Source: an archaeon (GTDB lineage: Archaea > Asgardarchaeota > Heimdallarchaeia > Heimdallarchaeales > JAJRWK01). Taken from it: a stretch of DNA of 14,325 nt. Numbering within the stretch: the first letter of the stretch is position 1; every line of letters starts with the position of its first letter. The notes below the pieces were generated by a model that searched no databases, was not told where the DNA came from, and saw only the letters and a list, made by a program, of their open reading frames with translations. The translations under genes and the position numbers were made by a program. Positions 1-7,222 of this stretch are shown in pieces. The stretch spans positions 1 through 14,325 of the forward strand of contig JAJRWK010000177.1 of NCBI GenBank assembly GCA_024276795.1, read 5' to 3'.

Positions 1-137
1 CCGTGACCGCAAGTCAAGCCGGCTGGCGTGACAGCCAGTAGTGAGCTGTGCTCGCGAAAGCTGTCAAGCTCTGGTTCGCCAGGGCCATAGCGGCCGGGTG
101 ATACCCGCTCCCATCCCGAACGCGGAAATCACGGCGG
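1..137 (+). rRNA. 5S rRNA locus in circularly permuted order: 3' portion 11-74, UUCG-capped helix I 68-85, 5' portion 79-127, complementary flanks 1-10 and 122-134
   Basis: Conserved 5S blocks can be read directly: AAGUCAAGCC (11-20), GCCAUAGCGG (84-93) and CCCAUCCCGAAC (110-121). Helix V is GACAGC 30-35 with GCUGUC 60-65, enclosing a loop-E-like AGUA/GAAA and a short helix IV hairpin at 41-55. The blocks occur in the order 3' part then 5' part, joined by GCUCUGG-UUCG-CCAGGGC. The left flank is cut by the window edge. Confidence 0.72.
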
Positions 138-158
138 TTTTCTTATACGCTATTTTTT
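138..158 (+). terminator. Oligo-T tracts (T4 at 138-141, T6 at 153-158) immediately after the 5S locus
   Basis: T-runs directly follow the 3' flank helix. Archaeal RNA polymerase terminates at oligo-T. Confidence 0.4.
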
Positions 159-393
159 GGATTCATGTTTATGTTTCAATATTTATGCTTTGGATTAAGA
201 GGCGATTGAGAAAAAAAGAAGACAAATCTCTTCTCAAAAATATATCGATAAAATGATTATTTCTTGTTTTCAAGTTCAACATCTGGTAAATGATTTATGT
301 GAATCGATGTAGAGATTGATGAGATTCATGGGTCTGCTTGGGTTTAATGAACTGATTAATTATTTTCCTCTTCGATCATGAACCAGATAAAAG

Positions 394-401
394 AATATAA
401 A
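394..401 (+). promoter_or_regulatory. TATA-like box (AATATAAA) for the Lrp/AsnC gene
   Basis: An AT-rich box lies about 28-35 nt upstream of ATG 429, which would give a leaderless or very short-leader mRNA. Confidence 0.3.
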
Positions 402-428
402 CGAAAAAATGAACGTTATTAATGAACC

Positions 429-938
429 ATGTCTGAAGGAAGTCGTGTTAATCGAAAAAGAACAATTACCTTTGATGCGCTCGATAGGCAATTGTTACAT
501 GAACTGCAAGAGGACTGTAGAATCCAGTATCGCGAATTAGCAAAGCGAACTGGCAAAGCAATTGGGACGATTTCGAATCGTATTCAAAATCTAACCCGAA
601 GAGGTATTATCAAGCGCTGGACGGTCCAAATAGACCCCGAAAGCCTTGGCTACGACTTTACAGCAATCCTACACATCAAGATCGACGTCGTTCACATAAA
701 TCAGATCAACAAAGAATTAACCAAAGTAAAGGAACTCTTTGCTTTATACAACGTAACTGGGGATAATGATATCGTCGCACTCGGTCGCTTTGTTAATCGG
801 CGACATCTTGACCAAGTGATTCACAAGATTTTAGCAATTCCTCATATTCAAAGAACCTCTACAAGTCTTGTTTTACGCACACTAAAGGAAGACTTGCGAG
901 TTCATGTTCCTCAGCATGAAGAATCAAAGACTGGTTGA
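429..938 (+). CDS. Lrp/AsnC-family transcriptional regulator
   Basis: 169 aa. The N-terminal HTH (LDRQLLHELQEDCRIQYRELAKRTGKAIGTISNRIQNL) is followed by a RAM/AsnC_trans_reg-like C-terminal domain. ATG start, TGA stop. Confidence 0.9.
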   Translation: MSEGSRVNRKRTITFDALDRQLLHELQEDCRIQYRELAKRTGKAIGTISNRIQNLTRRGIIKRWTVQIDPESLGYDFTAILHIKIDVVHINQINKELTKVKELFALYNVTGDNDIVALGRFVNRRHLDQVIHKILAIPHIQRTSTSLVLRTLKEDLRVHVPQHEESKTG

Positions 939-943
939 ACATA

Positions 944-2223
944 ATGAAAACAGAGAGAACTTATCAGTACGCGAAATGGACATATCATTTGAAAGAGTCA
1001 GAAATTCGCAGACTTCTACGTTTTAACCCTCCGTATTATTTTGCAGGGGGAAAACCTGGAGCGCTGCCTTTACAGATTATGTCATCTATTATGGAAAGAA
1101 TCATTTCTGAAGAACTTTCTGGAAGGGATGAATTGGAAGCACCCCTGCTCTAGACTATGGTCCATCAGAAGGTATTCCTGAATTACGACAAGTGTTGGGC
1201 GAACGATTACGTAAACGTGATGGAATTGCTTTGACGAAAGGCGAGGAATACAAGGAAGTTATTATAACTACGGGTTCCCAACAAGCAGTTCATGGGATCA
1301 TTGACGCCATGGTAAATCCTGGCGACGTCATAATCGTTCCGATGCCGGTTTACTTGGGCTTTCTTGGTTCAGCAATCAAGTCGGGAGCCAAGATTGTCTC
1401 AATTCCCACGGATAACCAAGGTATCATACCAGAAGGTTTGAACAGAGCCTTGTAACTGCTCGAAAGAGACGAAAAAACTTTGCCCAAGTTAATTCATACC
1501 ATACCATTTTCGGACAATCCAAAAGGAACTACGCTCTCTTCTAGTCGGAAAGCAGCAATATTCAATATTGCCGAGCAATGGGATGTCCTTCTCATAGAGG
1601 ACGCTGCATACAAAGAGATTCGTTATGGTCAAGCAAGAGAAAAGCCCTTGGATCCCATCAAAAAACTGGATAAAGGGAATACTAGGGTTGCATATGTAAA
1701 TTCATCAAGTAAGGAAGCAGCGGTTCTACGGATCGGTTACTCTGTAATTCCTTCTGGGATAAATGAACAAATCATTAAGACCAAAGGATACTATGATCTT
1801 TGTACTCCATCAATAACTCAAAAGATGGCTTTGCACTATTACCGAGACTATATTGATAAAACCCTACCTAAGATAATTGATACTTACGAACAGAGAGCAT
1901 TAGCTATGAAACGTGCCGTTGATGAGTTCCTAGTCGGTTTAAGAACAGATCCTGAAGGTGGATTCTTTATTTGGTTCTCAAGTGAAAATGAAAGATTAGA
2001 CACAACTGCGCTCCTAAATACTGCACTTGAAGCAGGAGTGCTTTATGTTCCAGGAGCCGCGTTTTATCCTTCTTCTGGCTTAGCTTTGGCTTCTGACTTA
2101 TCCCGTTTTGTTCCAAGCGTCAGAAAATCAAATGAGATACGCCTTAGTTATAGTACTTCAAAACCAGAAGAAATCTCAAAAGGTATTGAAATACTTGGAA
2201 ATCTTTTTGCTTCTACGCCCTAA
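944..2223 (+). pseudogene. Class-I/II PLP-dependent aminotransferase (aromatic/2-aminoadipate aminotransferase-like), disrupted
   Basis: Three consecutive ORF fragments (935-1153, 1192-1455, 1480-2223) together read as one aminotransferase: YGPSEGIPELR, TTGSQQA, and the PLP-lysine context NSSSKEAAVLRIGYS. Fragments 1 and 2 differ in frame, with a C4 run at 1142-1145. Fragments 2 and 3 share a frame and are separated only by TAA at 1453-1455. Confidence 0.8.
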
Positions 2224-2357
2224 GGCTTTCAGAAGGTAGCTCTCTTGAAAAATTGCTTGAAAATAAGATGTTCACTCTGATCTTGGAGTGGGTTGCAAAA
2301 ATTCGGAGGCGAAATTAGGCTTTGCCAATTTATTGGAGGTGTAATTTTTCCACGTTC

Positions 2358-3224
2358 TTATAGTTGTGCAACTTTATTGATGGGGTAGGTTCTGGTAATC
2401 CTGCTGATCTTAAGATAAATCAATCCAATTCCGACCCAGTAGAGGAGGTATGCTCCAATCTCTAGGAGTGTAGGTTTGTCTTGATATCCAAACAAGGATC
2501 GGAGTAGTGCTCCCAAGGCACTAGTTTTGTCGTTAAGAACACCACTGAGATCCATTATTGGTTGGTTCCATGCTGCTGTGGCGGCTCCAAAAACACCTAA
2601 TTCTTGGAATTCATGAACTCCTTGTGAGAACAAGCCAGCTGCGAATAAGATCAGGATAATACTTGTAACGTTGAAAAATTGTCTAAGATTCAGTTTGACG
2701 GTTCCTCGCATCAATTGGATGGCAACTATGATTGCTATGCTGATTCCGGCAATGCTTCCAGTGAATACAGCGAATCGGTTTGCAGATGTCCGTATTCCTG
2801 CTAGGAAAAGTACGGTTTCGATTCCTTCTCGGAACACTGCTACAAATGAGAGAAGCATTAGTCCGTGGGGATTGGCTCCAGAGATTGTCTCCTTTACTTT
2901 TGTCTCGAGTTCTAATTTCAAGTATTTTGCGTTGTGAAACATCCAAACAATCATCCATGTGAGAACTCCTGCTGCCAAGATCATGACAGATCCTTCAAAA
3001 ACTGTTTCAGCTGTGCCTTCGAATCCTTCCAAAAGAAGTTCGAAGACAACCGCGCCTAAAATGCTTAACGCAATGGCTATTCCGGTGCCTTTCCAGACTT
3101 CACGCTTTAAAGGATCGTTCTGTGTCTTGGTCAAGTATGCCAACAGTATGCCAATGATGAGAGCCGCTTCAATCGTTTCTCTAAGAGTAATGATAAATGC
3201 AGCTATTGAGAATATTTCTGCCAT
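2358..3224 (-). CDS. FTR1/EfeU-family high-affinity iron permease
   Basis: 288 aa polytopic membrane protein with two REXXE motifs (LRETIEAAL and FREGIETVLF), the signature of the FTR1/EfeU family. Confidence 0.9.
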   Translation of the reverse strand: MAEIFSIAAFIITLRETIEAALIIGILLAYLTKTQNDPLKREVWKGTGIAIALSILGAVVFELLLEGFEGTAETVFEGSVMILAAGVLTWMIVWMFHNAKYLKLELETKVKETISGANPHGLMLLSFVAVFREGIETVLFLAGIRTSANRFAVFTGSIAGISIAIIVAIQLMRGTVKLNLRQFFNVTSIILILFAAGLFSQGVHEFQELGVFGAATAAWNQPIMDLSGVLNDKTSALGALLRSLFGYQDKPTLLEIGAYLLYWVGIGLIYLKISRITRTYPINKVAQL

Positions 3225-3235
3225 GTAATCACCAA

Positions 3236-3254
3236 GTTAGGTTGCCCGAACTTT
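3236..3254. promoter_or_regulatory. Operator-like dyad GTTAGGTTGCCCGAACTTT (TTAGG-N4-CCGAA), proximal to the ftr1 start
   Basis: 18 of 19 positions match the copy at 3286-3304. It lies 12 nt upstream of the ftr1 ATG, and its core resembles the DtxR/IdeR box core TTAGG-N4-CCTAA. Confidence 0.5.
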
Positions 3255-3275
3255 CACTCGGATCTTCTATTCCGG

Positions 3276-3285
3276 TAATAAAAAT
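3276..3285 (-). promoter_or_regulatory. TATA-like box for ftr1 (minus-strand ATTTTTATTA)
   Basis: An AT-rich box about 52-61 nt upstream of the ftr1 ATG, bracketed by the two dyad boxes. Confidence 0.3.
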
Positions 3286-3304
3286 GTTAGGTTACCCGAA
3301 CTTT
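3286..3304. promoter_or_regulatory. Operator-like dyad GTTAGGTTACCCGAACTTT (TTAGG-N4-CCGAA), distal ftr1 copy
   Basis: A direct repeat of the 3236-3254 box, exactly 50 bp away and abutting the TATA-like box. Confidence 0.5.
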
Positions 3305-3419
3305 ACCTTGCTTTACAAACAGTATGAACATGAACAAATAAACGAGAAGAAAATAGAAAAAACTCTCCTATTGCTCAAGAAAAAGAGAAAAAATAACAAT
3401 GTGAATTGATTATTGCTGG

Positions 3420-4061
3420 CTAAGACTTCAAAATCTTGTAGGAAAAGTCTTCCATACCGAGTGGAAGCTCTTCATCAGGTCCTAGTTCTCCTCGTTCCCT
3501 GAGAATCTGCTGAGTTAATAAGTGATAAACTCGGGCTAATGCCCGTCGCCCTTTGTTATTGCAAGGGATTACAACGTCCACATAGCTAGTTACGTTGTCA
3601 GTATCGCACAGAGCGACGACGGGAATACCCATCTTAACCGCTTCACTCAAGGCTTGGGAATCTGTTCGGGGATCATTTAGAAAAATGATTTCAGGTTCAA
3701 TATATCCTCTATGTGAGGGGTTCGTCATAGTTCCGGGAATGAATCGCCCAGGAATTGCTTTGAAACCAGCAACCCTTGCCATTTTTGCCACTGGAACCGT
3801 ACCGTACTGTCTTGCAGAAAACACAGCTACTGATTCTGGATCAAATCTTGCAAGTAGCTTGGCTACGGCCCGAATTCTGTCATCCGTCGCCTTAACATCC
3901 AAAACATAGAGCCCGTCAGTGCGAACTTTGTAAATATATGGCTTCATGTAGGATGTGGCTAGTTTTGTTCCAATGTGAACTCCGGACTCCAGATAGTCAT
4001 CCAAGGGTATGAGGAGTGTAGACTCATCTATCTGCGGGGCTTCGGACATCGATTCTCCCAT
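3420..4061 (-). CDS. rps2: 30S ribosomal protein uS2 (archaeal/eukaryotic SA-type)
   Basis: 213 aa. GVHIGT, YIYKVRTDGLYVLDV and PVVALCDTD are typical of archaeal uS2. AGGAG (plus-strand CTCCT, 4069-4073) lies 7 nt upstream of the ATG. Confidence 0.95.
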   Translation of the reverse strand: MGESMSEAPQIDESTLLIPLDDYLESGVHIGTKLATSYMKPYIYKVRTDGLYVLDVKATDDRIRAVAKLLARFDPESVAVFSARQYGTVPVAKMARVAGFKAIPGRFIPGTMTNPSHRGYIEPEIIFLNDPRTDSQALSEAVKMGIPVVALCDTDNVTSYVDVVIPCNNKGRRALARVYHLLTQQILRERGELGPDEELPLGMEDFSYKILKS

Positions 4062-4144
4062 TGCTAATCTCCTATCAAAATCCCATATCTAGGTATTAAA
4101 ACAGTTTTTGTTTTGCCATTGGTCGTTTTGAATACGAGTTTTGC

Positions 4145-4843
4145 TTAGTCTCCCACGGCGAGATGTAATAGCAATGCGATAAATGCAATCACCGTTAAGA
4201 CCCACTGGCGATGAATCCACTTGATAAGTCCTCTGGCTTCCTCTATTTCCCAGAAGGGGCGGTATTTCTGCCACATGACCAGACCTGCTAGAGACATCAC
4301 GGTGAATGAAACACCAGCTACCATTCCCGTCCAGAATGCCCCCGCGGAGGAGTTCCAGTACGACCACCCATGCAATAATCCAAAAATAGTGGCTAGACCT
4401 AGCGTGGCCACGTGGATGTAAAATAGCGGTTTTCTCAGCTTCCGATACGCCGACGCGACAAATGCTCTGATTTCAGGGTATTCTTTCTTTGGCAAGTATT
4501 TTTGTGTGTAAATGTGAAGCCGTCTCAGAAATACATACGCAAAGCCGATTGCCAATAAGGGTAGCGTTGCTTCTCCTAAGCCACCAAAAGCGCCACCTTC
4601 ACTGTCTCCCTCATAGCCGTCGTCATCCGCAAGCATTGAAGTGGTTGTCAACAGCACCAGAACCGAAATAACCAACAAGGAGACCATCAGAAATCGCTTC
4701 TTATTACTTAGTTGTTGAACAATGCGTAACCTGCCGTTTTTCACAATTGCAAAAAGCGTCCTCATTATAGAAAAATTATGTGGTAAATCTCGTAGATTTT
4801 GCAAACATAGTGATTTGGCGGAGGATATTCGGGGACGAAACAA
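4145..4843 (-). CDS. Hypothetical polytopic membrane protein, possibly a b-type cytochrome or ferric-reductase-like
   Basis: About 5 predicted TM helices. His pairs sit inside helices: IHVATLGLATIFGLLH (H-x13-H) and IHRQWVLTVIAFIALLLH (H-x15-H). An acidic DDDGYEGDSEGG stretch follows the first helix. The start is uncertain: TTG at 4843, ATG at 4765 or ATG at 4687. Confidence 0.55.
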   Translation of the reverse strand: MFRPRISSAKSLCLQNLRDLPHNFSIMRTLFAIVKNGRLRIVQQLSNKKRFLMVSLLVISVLVLLTTTSMLADDDGYEGDSEGGAFGGLGEATLPLLAIGFAYVFLRRLHIYTQKYLPKKEYPEIRAFVASAYRKLRKPLFYIHVATLGLATIFGLLHGWSYWNSSAGAFWTGMVAGVSFTVMSLAGLVMWQKYRPFWEIEEARGLIKWIHRQWVLTVIAFIALLLHLAVGD

Positions 4844-4860
4844 TGTTGCTATTATGCTAT

Positions 4861-5121
4861 TTATTGTTGAGAAGAAAATAAGAATTTCATGATACAGCCC
4901 TTTGTATTACATTTTGAGCACATTGAACCTTTCTCGGCGAGTGAGCATGTGGACAACATTGTTGATGATAATTGAATGCCTAATTTCCTCAGAATACCTT
5001 GTTCTTCAAGGATTTTCAAGAGATTTTCAGCTTTACTTTTTGTGATTCCAAGACGGTCCGAAAGCGTAGAACTGGAAACAATTTTTTCTCTTTTGATGAC
5101 GGCGATTGCTTTTTCGATCAA
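4861..5121 (-). CDS. FeoC-like small winged-helix protein with a C-terminal Cys cluster
   Basis: Proposed TTG start at 5121-5119 overlaps the feoB TGA (TTGA). The wHTH-like segment IEKAIAVIKREKIVSSSTLSDRLGITKSKAENLLKILEEQGILRK is followed by C-x8-C-x2-C-x4-C. The track ORF (to 5202) extends into feoB and is probably over-long. Confidence 0.6.
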   Translation of the reverse strand: MIEKAIAVIKREKIVSSSTLSDRLGITKSKAENLLKILEEQGILRKLGIQLSSTMLSTCSLAEKGSMCSKCNTKGCIMKFLFSSQQ

Positions 5122-7217
5122 AATAACCCCCCAACATAAACGATGACAAAGGCGACAAGCCAGCCCGCTAGTAGTCCGATCATAACTGAAAATACCGCCC
5201 ATTTTGTACCTATTTCATTCTTGATAGCCACTAGGGTTGCAATACAAGGCGTGTACATAAGAATGAAGAACATGTAAGCTAATCCCGATATGGGATCAAC
5301 GCTATTTCCCAAAGCTCCTAGAAGCGTTTCTTCCCCTTTTATTCCGTAGAGTAGCCCAAGCGTACTAATCACAATTTCTTTTGCCACAAAACCAAAAAGT
5401 AGCGCAACGACCAGTTCTGTGTTCCATCCCAGTGGGGAGAAAATAGGCAAGAGGAGTTTACCAAGCAGGAAGATCCATGATTCTTGCATTATACCAGCAT
5501 CGTTCATTGCGTCTGGACCCAAGAACCCTTTCGGTCCCGTAACGGACAATATCCAGATGCCAATTACTCCTCCAGCAATCCAAGACGCGGCATGTTCTAC
5601 GAACTCTCGTAAATATAAATAAGTCTGATAAAAGATAGTTCGCAAAGACGGAACAGAGAGATCAGGCATTTCAAGCAACAAGGATGTTTCTTCTCCTCGT
5701 GTCAATGTGTTTCTTAAAATCCAACTTACAAGCACCGCCATTGTGATTCCTGCAAAGTAAACTAAGGTCAGAATGCTTCCAGCATGCTTAGGGAAAAACG
5801 ACGCGCTTAGCATGACGAATACGGGAAATCGAGCGCTACACGGAATAAAGGGATTGGCCAAGATCGTTGTAATTCTCTCTTTTCGATCTGAGATAGACTT
5901 AGTTGAAAGCACTCCTGATACATTACAACCAAAGCCAAGGATCAACGGTGCTATCGACTTTCCAGATAGACCTAGCTTGGACATGAATCTATCTGTAATG
6001 AACACGACTCTAGCCAAATATCCTGATTGTTCCATTAATGTTAGTCCGATGAAGAGCAATGCTATTTGTGGAACGAAAATTAGCACAAATCCCACACCAT
6101 CAATTATTCCATCAGCCAGAAATGAAGCTATAACAGGAGATGGAATCGTATTCTTAACTTCCTTGGCAAGATTGTGAAATAAGAGATCCAACAAGTCTGA
6201 GCCTGGCTGGGAAACAACAAAAATCGTTTGAAACATAAGCCACATTATCGTGATGAAGATAATAATGCCCCAAACGGGGTGAAGCAATATTCTATCAATT
6301 TTTTCAGAAATGCTGTGTTGTCCAGCTTTACTCCTTCTAATTAGTACTTGCTTCTGCATCTGCTCGATTATTTCATACTCTTTTTCAATAAGCCAGATGT
6401 CTAATCCATTCTTGAGATCGAATTCGTGTTCTGTGTTCTTAATTATCCTTTCAATTGAGTCTCGCAAATCAGTGCTTAGTCGTTTCCAGAGGTAATCGTC
6501 CCTTAAGGCAATGAAATACGCCAATGTCTCTTTGGTTAAATGAGCCAGATCATTCTCTGGAAAACTGTGTAAATTCAATATATTCTTAATCTCAGCTTCT
6601 GCTTTCTCAAAAACTTTGGTTTTCTTGAGTTGCGGCAGAAGAATTGGTCGCGGTAATCTTGGTTGCTCGAGCCGACTGAAAATAGTGTTCTTCAATTGTG
6701 TTAGATCCGATTTGTTGAATGAATTTATTACCAACACCGGAACACCGAGTAATTCTTCCATCTTTTTGATGTCAATACTTATGCCTTGTTCTGTCATCTT
6801 ATCTGAAAACGTAACTACCAATATCATGCTCTTGTTTAATGTTAAAAGCTGATGAGTCAGGAAAAGGCTTCGTTCAAGTTTCGTGCCGTCTACAACATTA
6901 ACTATGATCTCGTATTGGCCCTTAACCAATATCTCCCGTGGAAAAATCTCTTCGGGAGATGCTGGACCGAACCCGTAAATTCCAGGTAAATCCATTACCG
7001 TAGCTGAAAATGAATTCAATCTGCATTCTCCAATCTTTCCTGACACGGTTATTCCTGGAAAGTTTGCTACCTTCTGGCTTGCACCAGTCAAGAAATTAAA
7101 AATCGCAGTTTTCCCAACATTGGGATTGCCAACAAGCAATACGTCTGAGCGATACGCATTGGTTTTACTTGTCAGTTCTTTCTTATCAAGGATTGTTGGC
7201 CTCAAATTACATGCCAC
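5118..7217 (-). CDS. feoB: Ferrous iron transporter FeoB
   Basis: 699 aa. The N-terminal G-domain has GNPNVGKT (G1), DLPG (G3) and NVVD (G4), followed by a large polytopic membrane domain. GTG start 5 nt after the feoA stop. Confidence 0.95.
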   Translation of the reverse strand: MACNLRPTILDKKELTSKTNAYRSDVLLVGNPNVGKTAIFNFLTGASQKVANFPGITVSGKIGECRLNSFSATVMDLPGIYGFGPASPEEIFPREILVKGQYEIIVNVVDGTKLERSLFLTHQLLTLNKSMILVVTFSDKMTEQGISIDIKKMEELLGVPVLVINSFNKSDLTQLKNTIFSRLEQPRLPRPILLPQLKKTKVFEKAEAEIKNILNLHSFPENDLAHLTKETLAYFIALRDDYLWKRLSTDLRDSIERIIKNTEHEFDLKNGLDIWLIEKEYEIIEQMQKQVLIRRSKAGQHSISEKIDRILLHPVWGIIIFITIMWLMFQTIFVVSQPGSDLLDLLFHNLAKEVKNTIPSPVIASFLADGIIDGVGFVLIFVPQIALLFIGLTLMEQSGYLARVVFITDRFMSKLGLSGKSIAPLILGFGCNVSGVLSTKSISDRKERITTILANPFIPCSARFPVFVMLSASFFPKHAGSILTLVYFAGITMAVLVSWILRNTLTRGEETSLLLEMPDLSVPSLRTIFYQTYLYLREFVEHAASWIAGGVIGIWILSVTGPKGFLGPDAMNDAGIMQESWIFLLGKLLLPIFSPLGWNTELVVALLFGFVAKEIVISTLGLLYGIKGEETLLGALGNSVDPISGLAYMFFILMYTPCIATLVAIKNEIGTKWAVFSVMIGLLAGWLVAFVIVYVGGLF

Positions 7218-7222
7218 CCATT

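Noticed and set aside
1-137. Alternative reading of the 5S locus as two tandem 5S copies, one cut by the window edge and one truncated
   Set aside because: The spacer between the copies would be only the 4-nt UUCG. The second copy stops exactly at the helix III AA bulge. Nt 1-10 do not match the expected 5S sequence upstream of AAGUCAAGCC, yet they are complementary to 122-134. A permuted gene explains all three observations and tandem decay explains none. The window edge prevents complete exclusion.
41-256. 71-aa ORF on the plus strand
   Set aside because: It overlaps the 5S rRNA sequence and the AT-rich spacer, resembles no protein I recognise, and its first half simply translates structured RNA.
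317-355. Possible C/D box sRNA (UGAUGA at 317-322, CUGA at 352-355)
   Set aside because: The 29-nt spacing is too short to hold D' and C' boxes plus two guides. There is no terminal stem, and the residue before UGAUGA is U rather than a purine.
1453-1455. In-frame TAA as evidence of stop-codon reassignment
   Set aside because: TAA terminates several well-defined genes in the same window: the aminotransferase end at 2221-2223, ftr1 at 2358-2360, infB at 9578-9580 and ndk at 11444-11446. A nonsense mutation or a base error is more likely.
2671-3228. Several 60-91-aa ORFs on both strands inside ftr1
   Set aside because: They lie entirely within, and mostly antisense to, a gene with strong family signatures (REXXE motifs). 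They have low-complexity translations and no start-site signals.
5419-6852. Plus-strand ORFs of 61-134 aa inside feoB
   Set aside because: They are antisense to a confidently identified FeoB and have no recognisable motifs.
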